Positions 59,601 through 64,000 of a stretch of DNA of 64,000 nt are shown one piece after another. Every line of letters starts with the position of its first letter. Within the stretch, counting starts at the first letter, position 1. Under the pieces are notes generated by a model. It was not told the origin of the DNA. It made no database searches and saw only the letters and a list, made by a program, of their open reading frames with translations. The translations under genes and the position numbers were made by a program. The stretch lies in the IMG/VR virus record IMGVR_UViG_3300029705_000023, positions 109,563 to 173,562 of that record, one strand, 5' to 3'. This DNA is from a virus (Duplodnaviria > Heunggongvirae > Uroviricota > Caudoviricetes).

Positions 59601-59659
59601 TTCCTCCTGAAAAACGAACCGTTCCAGGTGTGAATATCTCGCAGAGTTTGAAACGTTAG
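44624..59659 (+). CDS. Giant hyper-repetitive fibre/adhesin-like protein (5011 aa, 15,036 nt)
   Basis: Single uninterrupted ORF. About 46-aa, 138-nt modules (DLSEVAKSSELSTLAKEATVQTLATSEGLTSAKNEILESIESIPET) are repeated about 80 times. Longer VWNYG...ETS.VRELS.FPMVDISGLAK and TAVTAQDIKTVSDEIK...YTDELEGMV modules recur every 300-700 aa. The N-terminal 40 aa are shared with the downstream 368-aa paralog. Confidence 0.8.
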   Translation: MASYANLNLNDYAGLTKEDYAQMALSGTDSGSGSGSDTGTGSGACLWTEALIQSLQSSIANLETKMDSLSSDVAALKTYGDTHWKTANVSALATSAALTSAKDVILAECATAEGFATSEELEAAKSTLYDKLDSDLNSIRIDCRTAEGFATPADVTYAKNVILESIESIPETDLSKVAKIDDVKNLAKESTVQTLATSEGLTLAKDAILAGCATAEGFATPADVTSAKDAILANMNTSIGSVPAQVWNYGKDETEELSTVRELSSFTEASLSGLATSEQVADLAKEATLNEVAKFTGIARSTEITSARDAILNEMDTLATAVSAQDIKTVSDEIKAAVTNISGSVNTISGYTDELEGMVGELRTSVNDLPTANNIASAVWNFGNSTGSETSTVRELTNFPMVDISGLAKVSDVADLATMEYVQTLATSEGLTLAKNAILEQCATAEGFAVPADITSSQNVILQKIDNIPTVDLDGIAKTTDLNDLARETTLENAQSALAAQLTEVGKFNGIAKAADVQAAQNAIVAECATAAGFATPSDVTLAADALPAKVWNYGKDETEELSEIRELTNFTESSLSQLAKSSELDALAKDATVAKEATVQEVAKFTGIATLESVTLAKDAILADCKTAEGFATPADITASRNVIVGKIESIPTVDLSELAKSSELSTLAKEATVQTLATSAALTSAKDDILLEIESIPAVDLSEVAKSSELSTLAKEATLTEVGRFTGLATSEGLTSAKDAILAQCATAEGFAAPADITSAKNEILTKIEGIPTVDLSEVAKSAELETLAREATVQTLATSAGLNSVQNAILTEMETLATAVTAQDIKAVSDEIKSAVTSISGNVQTISGYTDELEGMVGELRTSVSDLPSAGNIAEKVWNYGNNETSETSNVRELSAFPMVDISGLAKSSELETLAKSAQFEGIATLESVTSAKNDILTGIESIPAVDLSEVAKSAELSTLAKEATVQTLATSEGLTSAKNAILESIESIPAVDLSEVAKSAELSTLAKEATVQTLATSEGLTAAEAAILDSIEAIPTVDLSAVAKSSELEPLAKEATVQTLATPADITSAKNEILESIEAIPETDLSEVAKSSELSTLAKEATVQTLATSEGLTSAKNEILESIEAIPEADLSEIAKSSELSTLAKSAQFEGLATLESVNSAKNEILAGIENIPEVDLSAVAKSSELETLAKEATLTEVAKFTGLATSASLNSVKDELIQKCATAEGFATPQDITSAKNAILESIEAIPETDLSQVAKSAELETLATLASVQNANTSLSAKLGEIEKFTGLATSADVTASRNVIIQKIESIPEADLSEVAKSSELETLAKEATVQTLATSEGLNSVQNVILTEMETLASAVTAQDIKTVSDEIKTAVTNINSSVGEIAEDVETVKGYTDELESLVQGIPTSGNIASAVWSHTSRDLTRYEVADLSEVAKSSELSILAKEVTVQTLATSEGLTSAKNAILESIEAIPETDLSAVAKSAELETLAKEATVQTLAASEGLNSAKSEILTKIESIPTVDLSAIAKSSELSILAKEATVQTLATSEGLTSVKNEILTKCATAAGFAVPADIDSAKNEILESIEGIPTVDLSEVAKSAELETLATLESVQNANTSLSAKLDEVGRFTGIATSADVTASRNVIVQKIESIPEADLSEVAKSSELSTLARVSDLETLATLESVTSAKNDILTGIESIPTVDLSEVAKSTELNILAKEATVQTLATSESLDSVKDELIQKCATAAGFATPADITSAQNVIVQKIESIPEADLSEVAKSSELSTLATLEAVQNVNTSLDAKLTEVGKFTGLATSEGLTSAKNEILAEIESIPTVDLSEVAKSAELEPLAKSAQFEGLATLESVDSAKDSILDEMETLATAVTAQDIKTVSNEIKTAVSTINLSVDSILADVQTIEGYTDELEGMVQNLPTSKGIAEAVWNFGNMEGSETSNVRELSNFPMVDISGLAKVSDVENLAKEATVQTLATSESLNSAKNEILESIESIPEADLSEVAKSSELEPLAKEATLNEVGRFAGLATSAELNSVKDTVINNIESIPTVDLSEVAKSSELEPLAKEATLTEVGRFTGLATSENVTSAQNAILAEISNLPDIETVQGWNSELDEKLSEISKFTGLATSANVEAAQSVILAGIESIPETDLSQVAKSSELSTLATLESVQNVNSKLNVIPAEVWNYGNAEGSETSNVRELSTFPMVDISELAKSSELEPLAKEATLNEAAKFTGLATSANVEAAQSAILAGIESIPEADLSEVAKSSELEPLAKSAQFANMATLESVESAKNAILEQCATAEGFATPADITSAKNEILTGIEAIPETDLSAVAKSAELEPLATLESVQNVNTSLSAKLGEIEKFTGLATSADVTSAKDAVLAGIQTSENALSSELEPLAKEVTLANVNTSVTSIPSEVWNFGGSHAYRTVQTDGIQIEGNISASVDNAAIAKEVWSYTSRSLNSLKVSASSSIASSAELETLATGTGLEDVKLLVSKIPTTVLTAADIAPLATLESVEGMATSEGLTSVKNEILTKCKTAEGFAVPADIDSAKNEILTKIEGIPTVDLSEVAKSSELEPLAKEATVQTLATSEGLNSVQNVISAKIESIPETDLSAVAKSAELETLATLESVRNVNSRLDTIPAEVWNYGNMEGSETSTVRELSSFPMVDISELAKSSELEPLAKSAQFEGIATLASVDSAKDEILAGIESIPEADLSEVAKSAELSTLAKEATVQTLATSEGLNAAQNAIVQKIESIPTVDLSEVAKSAELELLAKEATVQTLATSEGLTSAKNAILESIESIPEADLSEVAKSSELEPLAKEATVQTLATSEGLTSAKNEILAGIESIPETDLSEVAKSAELETLATLESVQNVNTSLSAKLNEVGKFTGLATSEGLTSAKNEILESIESIPETDLSEVAKSSELSTLAKEATLANVNTSVSAIPAEVWNFGGSYTYRTVQADGVKIEGEVSASVDVAEIVNSVWNYPSASVISGTMGSSVTSTLSQVGTLATSESLANVKSAVDAIPTDISHLAKEATVQTLATSAALTSAKDDILAKIESIPETDLSAVAKSAELETLAKSSQFEGLATLESVDSAQNAIVQKIESIPETDLSEVAKSSELETLATLESVQNVNTSLSAKLDEVGKFTGLATSEGLTSAKNEILESIESIPETDLSEVAKSSELETLAKSSQFEGLATLESVDSAKDSIIQKIESIPETDLSAVAKSAELETLARVSDLETLATLESVTSAKDEILAGIEGIPEADLSEVAKSSELSTLATLESVQNVNTSVNAIPSEVWNFGESANDRQVYAAGVSISGNVSIDSDAIAEKVWNYGNMEGSETSTVRELSTFPMVDISELAKVSDVENLAKEATVQTLATSAALTSAKDDILAQCKTAAGFATPADVETAKNEILAEMETSETSILGKVEKLPTSSTIAKAVWDESLTSHTLTGSAGSALSGTATSVSAENIQSMTSAIQTSVAKIQTSANNIAEDVDLIEGYTDELEGMVQNLPTSENIASSVWSASKRELTRYEVADVSKLATSEGLTSAKNEILESIESIPETDLSAVAKSSELSTLATLESIQNVNTSVNAIPEKVWNYGNVEGSETSNVRELSAFPLVDISELAKSSELEPLATLESVQNVNTSLSAKLDEVGKFTGIATSEELNSAQSSILTKIEAIPTADLSTVAKSSELSTLAKEATVQTLATSEGLTSAKNEILTGIENIPETDLSAIAKSSELETLAKSAQFEGLATLESVNTAKNEILAGIESIPTVDLSAVAKSSELSTLAKEATLNKVGKFTGLATSEGLNSVKDEILTEIESIPAVDLSEVAKSSELETLAKEATLTEVGKFTGLATSEGLNSAKSEILAEIGSIPTVDLSEVAKSSELEPLATLESVQSVKDAVDGTPAKVWNYGGNYTYRTVQADGVTIEGEVSANVNNAEIAKEVWNYGNESGTVSGLRELSNFPLVDISGLAKSSELETLARVSDLEGLATSAALTSAKNEILEGIESIPETDLSEVAKSAELSTLAKVSDLETLATLESVTSAKDAILTGIESIPETDLSQVAKSSELSILAKEATVQTLATSAALTSAKDDILAEIESIPTVDLSEVAKSAELSTLAKVSDLETLATLESVDSAQSSILAKIESIPTVDLSEVAKSAELSTLAKEETLTEVGKFTGLATSENVTSAQNAILNKLNSSLNVDLSTVAKKTDLAALAKEETLGTLATPADITSAQNAIVQKINSIPTVDLSAVAKSAELETLAKVSDLEGLATLASVDSAKNEILTEMENIPTVDISGLATSAQVENIAKVSDLAGLATSEGVETAVNAVPEKVWNYGEDYTSRSVKANGVSLESSELTVNIDSAEIANRVWSNTSRTLTSGENIDLSGLATSEGVEAAKDAILAECKTAEGFATPADVKASENAILSEMETLATAVSAQDIKTISDEIKSAVTNISESVHTIEGYTDELESLVQGVPTSGNIASAVWSHTSRDLTRYEVADLSEVAKKGDLADLAKVSDLADVAKSADLENVAKVTDLADLAKVSDLADLAKVSNLADLATSEGLTLAKDAILAGCKTAEGFATPADVELAVDAIPEKVWNFGENSNSRTVKAEGVSLETSELTVEVDSAKIAQAVWSNTSRTLTSSENIDFPEFNTSDLAKVTDLEDLAKVSDLTGIATSADVEAAKDAILAKCETPEGLATAADVESAKDEILAGCKTAEGFATAADVKASEEVILAKLNTSLDVDLSDVAKKDDLTDLAKKEDLAGLATSESVNAAQNAILQKIDDLPKQETSGDGEGTVTVDPAEIANAVWSHTSRELTSYPDVSLDGVAKSAELADLAKVSDLAEIATVRDVQLARDTILGKLDTSLNVDTSELVKRSDLENLAAGRTLADLATPKDVNIQVNADGLNVPNAEEVADAVWNAESRTLTDLEGIDLSGLAKSEELEKLAKESTLQSLRQLLRSLPPEKRTVPGVNISQSLKR
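47452..47727 (+). repeat. Example of near-identical 138-nt tandem units inside the giant gene (two consecutive copies); similar units occur throughout 45.1-57.6 kb
   Basis: atcccggctgttgatctctccgaagttgcgaagtctgctgaactttcaactcttgcgaaagaagcgactgttcagacattggctacttctgaaggttt occurs twice verbatim. Confidence 0.85.
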
Positions 59660-59673
59660 AAGAATACGAAACC

Positions 59674-59698
59674 GGGGAGCCTTCGGGCTCCCTTTTTC
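59674..59698 (+). terminator. Rho-independent terminator after the giant gene
   Basis: GGGGAGCC-ttcg-GGCTCCC-TTTTTC. Confidence 0.65.
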
Positions 59699-59713
59699 AT
59701 AAGGAGTAACTTT

Positions 59714-60820
59714 ATGGCAACTTACGCAGATCTCGGACTTGAACAGTTCGCGCAGCTTTCAGTCGATGATTTTGTGAACCTTGAATTGAATGAGAGTTCC
59801 GCAGGAACCTGCATCTGGTCGAATACGCTGATCTCCGCGCTTCAAAACGCGATCGGAACCCTTGAAACTAAGATCGATCTGCTTGCCGACGCGATGGTCG
59901 TACTTCAAACCAATCTGCAGACGCATGGAGATTCAAACTGGAAAACAGCGGAAGGTTTTCTGACTTCCTCACCCTCTGCAAATGACATTGCCTCGGAAGT
60001 GTGGAATTACGGAGAAGACTATACTTCACGAACTGTAAAAGCCAACGGAGTTTCTTTGGAAAGCACGGAACTCTCGGTGAATATCGATTCCGCAGAAATC
60101 GCGAACCGTGTCTGGTCGAACACTTCCAGAACTTTGACTTCCGGCGAGAATATCAACTTCCCGGAATTCAACACCTCGGATCTTGCGAAAGCCGAACAGG
60201 TCGAAAACGTCGCGAAAGTTTCCGATCTGGCAGACCTTGCGAAGTCCGCGGAGCTTGCCGACCTTGCGAAGGTCTCCGATCTGTCCGGACTAGCGACTTC
60301 CGCAGGTGTGGAAGCTGCCGCAGATGCTGTACCTGAGAAGGTGTGGAATTACGGCGAAGACTACACCTCCCGAAGTGTGAAAGCGAACGGCGTTTCGCTG
60401 GAAAGTTCCGAACTTACTGTAAACATCGACTCCGCAGAGATCGCAAACCGTGTCTGGTCGAACACATCCAGAACTTTGACTTCCGGCGAGAATATCGATT
60501 TCCCGGAATTCAACACCTCGGATCTCGCGAAGTCTGCCGACCTTGAAGACCTTGCGAAAGTTTCTGACCTTGCAGACCTTGCGAAGTCTGCGGATATTGT
60601 GCAGGTTCAGGAGGATGTTATTAATATCCAAAACACAATGGCAGACGTGTTCCCAAAGATCCTGAATTCCCAACAGCTTCAGGTCGGACTCCTTGGGCAC
60701 TGGAAAGTCGAGGAAGATGTTCTTGTCATTTTCGATGAGAATGGAGACAAAATTTCAGAGATCCTATTGACAAAAGATAAAAAAGGAAATATCATTCAAA
60801 TGGGTTCAACACAGGAGTAA
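59714..60820 (+). CDS. Short paralog of the giant protein (368 aa) with the same N-terminal domain and VWNYGEDYTSR.VKANGVSLES modules
   Basis: AAGGAG RBS. N-terminus MATYADLGLEQFAQLSVDDF compares with MASYANLNLNDYAGLTKEDY. Two internal module copies match the C-terminal modules of the giant protein. Confidence 0.7.
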   Translation: MATYADLGLEQFAQLSVDDFVNLELNESSAGTCIWSNTLISALQNAIGTLETKIDLLADAMVVLQTNLQTHGDSNWKTAEGFLTSSPSANDIASEVWNYGEDYTSRTVKANGVSLESTELSVNIDSAEIANRVWSNTSRTLTSGENINFPEFNTSDLAKAEQVENVAKVSDLADLAKSAELADLAKVSDLSGLATSAGVEAAADAVPEKVWNYGEDYTSRSVKANGVSLESSELTVNIDSAEIANRVWSNTSRTLTSGENIDFPEFNTSDLAKSADLEDLAKVSDLADLAKSADIVQVQEDVINIQNTMADVFPKILNSQQLQVGLLGHWKVEEDVLVIFDENGDKISEILLTKDKKGNIIQMGSTQE

Positions 60821-60904
60821 CCAATGCAAACCCCTTTCACCGCTCACCGCCGCTGGCTTCCAAGCCATGTAAAACCAGTCTTCATCTGGCTTTACAAGCG
60901 GCTC

Positions 60905-61130
60905 CGATACGGAAAGTAACCCAACCCCAAAAGTAACGACCGCAATCCGGAAAGACTCGTAAAATACGGGACGAAATGAAGTTTATACTTTCTATTCCTG
61001 AAGATAATGAGTAGATGCCATTGTGTCTCGTTGCGTAAAAAAGGGACTCTAAGCAAATGAGCAACGGCGTGAAAATGGTCATTTCAAGCCGTTGCAAGGC
61101 AAGGTAACACCTAAAATAACGACTACAATT
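60905..61130. promoter_or_regulatory. Candidate attP / integrase arm-site region: repeated AARGTAAC(G/A)(A/C)C motifs, including AAAGTAACGACCGCAAT (60930-60946) and AAAATAACGACTACAAT (61114-61130)
   Basis: Direct and near-direct repeats in the 300-nt non-coding gap next to the integrase 3' end. Confidence 0.3.
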
Positions 61131-62259
61131 CGAGTGCCTTTTCGAAGTCTTCGTCGGTCGTTTGGATGTAGTACTTCTGACTGATTTCGATTGTGTGACC
61201 AAGCCAGGAAGACACTACGTGAGGAGGGTGTTTCTTTTGAAGTTCGGTGTCACGGGTGGCGCGGAGGCTGTTGAACAGTTTCGGCCACACCGCGATACCG
61301 GCGGCGCGGATACATCTCGTAAAATACTGTGAGTAGCCTTTACCAGCGTCTGAAAACATTCGATCAGATGCCTGGGTAAATGAATGATCACGATATTCTG
61401 CCAGGATCGAGTATATCTCCGGAAATAACGGTATCTCGCGCACACGGTGTTCACCGCGATCCTGCCGCTGTTTGCTGGTCTTCTTTGGCTCGCGGATCTT
61501 GATCCTGCGTCTCTCAAAGTCAATGTCGCCCCACAGCATGAACTGCACCTCAGAAGGTATCCGTATGCCGCCCCAGCGGGCTAGTACCCAAACAGCACGC
61601 ATGGACAGGTCCGGGATCTTTCGCAAGACCTGCCGTGCGATCTCCTCAGTGACATAGAAGTGCTGCTGCTTTTCAGATGACTCTAAACGAAGGACAGCTT
61701 TTTCGAAAGGATTCTTACGCACTTTCCCTTCCGCTACACCGTTGGCATATACCGATTTGATTACGGAGAAGTAGCGCTTTGCCGTCTCTGCCGAGGAACT
61801 TTTCCGTAACTGATCCAGGAACTTTGAAACCTCCTCCGGCGCAGGATGCGCAAGCAGGTCGTTTTTAGACTCTCTATATTGCGCAAGGTGCGATAAAAGA
61901 AACAGTCCGGCACCTCTCCGTATGCTTTTGGTCGCGGGTTTAGGTTCCAGTCCTCTGACAGGGTACGTTTCATACCAGTTCAGAAGCTCCGGCAGAGTAA
62001 CATCGCGCTTGCGCGGTTCAGCAAGCCCAAGCTGCGCGAGCCGGTCGTACAGCGCGGGATTTATCGTCTCCAGTTCTGAAAGCCACGCTCTTGTCTCACG
62101 CGCGATACAGTTATGCTTCCTGCCTGCTTTCAGTTCTTCAATATGCTCCCCGATTACCGCAGCGGTCTTTTTATTCCGAAAGCCGTAAAATTTACGGTAC
62201 ACACCGTCGATTCGGACCTGGACATACCAGGCGTTTCGCAGTTTAATCACAGAGGCCAT
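61123..62259 (-). CDS. int: Tyrosine-type site-specific integrase (378 aa)
   Basis: SAM-like N-terminal domain. Catalytic region LRATRDTEL...WLGHT...KYY (R...HxxR...Y). GGAGGA RBS. Confidence 0.9.
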   Translation of the reverse strand: MASVIKLRNAWYVQVRIDGVYRKFYGFRNKKTAAVIGEHIEELKAGRKHNCIARETRAWLSELETINPALYDRLAQLGLAEPRKRDVTLPELLNWYETYPVRGLEPKPATKSIRRGAGLFLLSHLAQYRESKNDLLAHPAPEEVSKFLDQLRKSSSAETAKRYFSVIKSVYANGVAEGKVRKNPFEKAVLRLESSEKQQHFYVTEEIARQVLRKIPDLSMRAVWVLARWGGIRIPSEVQFMLWGDIDFERRRIKIREPKKTSKQRQDRGEHRVREIPLFPEIYSILAEYRDHSFTQASDRMFSDAGKGYSQYFTRCIRAAGIAVWPKLFNSLRATRDTELQKKHPPHVVSSWLGHTIEISQKYYIQTTDEDFEKALEL

Positions 62260-62452
62260 TGTCTTCCTCCTTTACCGTGTTCAAAGACCGCATCCACTCC
62301 TGAATGTCTGATGGACGAAACCGAACCAGACGTCCCATCAGAACGTATGGAAGCCCGGCAGTTTTTCGGAGAGTATCCACATTCCGAACAGAGCAGGAAA
62401 GACACTTGGCGACTTCTTTTTTGGTCAGCAGCACATTCGTTTCTTCTGTCAT
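62243..62452 (-). CDS. xis: Excisionase/AlpA-like HTH DNA-binding protein (69 aa)
   Basis: Trimmed to ATG 62452 with AAGGAG RBS. LLTKKEVAKCLSCSVRNVDTLRKTAGLPYVLMGRLVRFRPSDIQEWM matches the excisionase-family HTH. Overlaps the integrase start by 17 nt. Confidence 0.65.
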   Translation of the reverse strand: MTEETNVLLTKKEVAKCLSCSVRNVDTLRKTAGLPYVLMGRLVRFRPSDIQEWMRSLNTVKEEDNGLCD

Positions 62453-62734
62453 TGCTTTCTCCTTTTCTTCAAAATGAAAGGGCACAGGACACCGCGTCAT
62501 TGCTTCAGGATCCCTTTCAAACTACCAGATTAATAGACGAAAGTCCGTTCATGTCCATAGTACGTATGAAAATGAGCGGACTTCCGCGCAGAGATGATTT
62601 TCAGATCCTTTAAGTGTACCCAAAATTTATCATCGGCCAAGGCCCACCTGCCTGATTTTTTTGAGATATGGTGAAAAAAAGGTAGACTGTCCGCTGAATG
62701 TGTTATTGATAACCGGAAAGAAGAGGTACTGTTA

Positions 62735-62898
62735 TGGAAAAAAGAGGCGTAGTCCAGCACTTGGCCGATCAGTTTCGCAAGGAAGCAGAAGTCCGAAAAC
62801 CCGACATTACGGACGATCTGGCGAAGGCTGCGGAAAACCGTCTGAAAGGACGCCGTATGAAGAAAACCGCCGCGGAGGCTGCCCGTTATGAGAGATAA
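62735..62898 (+). CDS. Small basic protein (54 aa)
   Basis: Below the ORF-track cutoff. AAGAGGT RBS. Stop overlaps the next ATG. Confidence 0.3.
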
Positions 62899-64000
62899 TC
62901 TCCTGTGGAAGCCGCAAGGCTCGCGAACTCCATTTCTGCCGCAGGGAAAGCACCCGCAGTACGCCCATCCGTTTGAGGATCTGGCGTCTGTCGCGATGCC
63001 GACGAACATTCAGGAAGGCTTGCGATGGGCACAAATACTGGTCTCGACACTGGGGCCGTACCGAAGTGCCCTGCGCCGCGTCGTGGCGTACTGCATCACT
63101 GAACCGGAGATCATCGAGAGCAAGAATTCAGGTTCCGATGCGACCGGCAAGGAGGTAAAGGAGAATTATGAAAAGATCTTCTCAGATGCCTACCTCCAGA
63201 TCTCCCGCGTCGCGCTGGAAAACGGTATGGACCTGCTCACTTACGGCAATGTGTTTCTGAGCGTCTTCAATAAATTTACCCGTTATCTGATCTGTCAGGG
63301 AGAACACGGCAACGGAAAGCCATGCCGTGTTCAGATACCTCTGAAACAGATGCTTGAATATCAGGAAGCGTTCAAGTTTCGTTTTGAGGGCTTCCAGTTC
63401 AAAGCCACGTGTCCTTACTGCGGCTGTACCTCTGTCTGGAAGATCTACGACCAGTACGGAAAATCGATGGAAGACGTGTTCGTCCATCGCTGGAATCCGC
63501 GGGAGCTGGAACTGATCAATGACCCATTCTCGCCGCGTCCGGCAGTGCTTTGGAACATCCCGGCAGACTATATCGCCAAGGTCAAGAAAGCGATCCCGGA
63601 CATGCTCCTGTCCATCCCTGTCGATGTTCTGGATGCTATTCGCGAGAACGGCAAATTCCGCTTCAACGATGAGATGATCCTGCACCTGAAAACCTCCACG
63701 CTGTCCGGGCTGGATCTGGACGGCTGGGGTCTTCCCGGACCGCTGGCCGACTTCCGGCAGGCGTGGCTCTATCAGGTCTGCAACCGCCACACAGAAACGA
63801 CGGCGATGGAAGCCCTGGCTCCAATGCGTATTCTTTCCCCGCCTTCCGGAGGCGCGAACGGCGACCCGCTCTACAAAGGGAACAACATGGGACACTTCCG
63901 GCAGGTCATGCAGAACGCGGTGAATACCAAAAGAAGGGACCCGTCCGCGTGGTTCGTTACGCCGTTCCCGGTCCAGTATCAGTCCGTAGGCGGCGATGCG
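62888..64000 (+). CDS. Large phage protein, 5' part (at least 371 aa; runs off right edge), possibly portal or another head-module protein
   Basis: Frame is open from ATG 62888 to the window end, so it is absent from the ORF track. Contains CQGEHGNGKPC...CPYCGC. The antisense ORF 63182..63895 is judged spurious. A portal assignment is only a guess from position and size. Confidence 0.35.
   Translation, partial: MRDNLLWKPQGSRTPFLPQGKHPQYAHPFEDLASVAMPTNIQEGLRWAQILVSTLGPYRSALRRVVAYCITEPEIIESKNSGSDATGKEVKENYEKIFSDAYLQISRVALENGMDLLTYGNVFLSVFNKFTRYLICQGEHGNGKPCRVQIPLKQMLEYQEAFKFRFEGFQFKATCPYCGCTSVWKIYDQYGKSMEDVFVHRWNPRELELINDPFSPRPAVLWNIPADYIAKVKKAIPDMLLSIPVDVLDAIRENGKFRFNDEMILHLKTSTLSGLDLDGWGLPGPLADFRQAWLYQVCNRHTETTAMEALAPMRILSPPSGGANGDPLYKGNNMGHFRQVMQNAVNTKRRDPSAWFVTPFPVQYQSVGGDA

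Larger units (their letters stand above)
1..64000. mobile_element. Tailed-phage / prophage genome segment (contractile tail, temperate); spans entire window
   Basis: Almost every ORF is phage-like (sheath, tube-like, baseplate J-like, giant fibre-like genes, phage sigma factor, tyrosine integrase plus excisionase-like HTH). Genes are tightly packed with ATGA/4-8 nt overlaps in alternating strand blocks. No housekeeping genes are visible. Confidence 0.7.

Noticed and set aside
44624-59659. Dozens of 60-200-aa ORFs on both strands inside the giant gene. The periodic direct repeats could also trip CRISPR-array detectors.
   Set aside because: All lie within one continuous 15-kb reading frame. 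The repeats are in-frame coding modules with variable sequence and no constant-length spacer pattern. No cas genes are present.
44624-60820. Diversity-generating retroelement targeting the repeat-rich fibre genes
   Set aside because: No reverse-transcriptase ORF or template-repeat/variable-repeat pair with adenine-specific differences was found in the window.
63182-63895. 237-aa minus-strand ORF
   Set aside because: Antisense to an uninterrupted plus-strand frame that runs off the window. Arg-rich shadow composition.
1-64000. Possible alternative genetic code (TAG or TGA reassignment), as seen in some large gut phages
   Set aside because: Late/structural genes up to 15 kb are intact under the standard code, and no pattern of in-frame stops splits obvious genes.
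1-64000. tRNA or other small RNA genes in intergenic gaps (1239-1382, 27483-28139, 34598-34900, 38329-38531, 60821-61122)
   Set aside because: No cloverleaf or T-arm (GTTCRANYC) candidates seen by eye. tRNAscan-SE and Infernal cannot be run here, so absence is provisional.

Overview
The whole 64-kb window looks like a temperate, contractile-tailed (myovirus-like) phage or prophage, with genes packed tightly in strand-alternating blocks and many ATGA-type start/stop overlaps. Recognisable structural genes are a baseplate-J-like gene, a 998-aa tail sheath candidate followed by a tube-like gene, a cluster of Cys-rich proteins, and two very large proteins (1362 and 871 aa) on the minus strand. 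A phage sigma-70-family factor sits inside that minus-strand structural operon. Host-recognition genes include a tail-fibre-like protein, a GT25-like glycosyltransferase, and a 15-kb gene for a 5011-aa hyper-repetitive protein followed by a 368-aa paralog. A tyrosine integrase with an excisionase-like HTH gene, and the start of a head-module gene, lie at the right edge. Defence and accessory cargo is present in two places. A Septu-like pair (AAA_21 ATPase plus HNH-like partner) sits between baseplate genes. A roughly 17-kb accessory island (about 25.5-42.3 kb) carries an EcoRII-like restriction-modification pair (Dcm methyltransferase plus endonuclease), an SPFH protein, an orphan AAA_21 ATPase with zinc-ribbon and Lar-like small proteins, a DUF4339-like membrane protein, a PadR-like regulator next to a triple 14-mer operator-like repeat, an HTH-GHKL-STAS-like regulator operon, and a 41-codon orphan ORF matching the glycyl-radical tail of NrdD. 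No rRNA, tRNA or CRISPR was found by eye. All calls come from reading the sequence and remembered family motifs; no searches were run.
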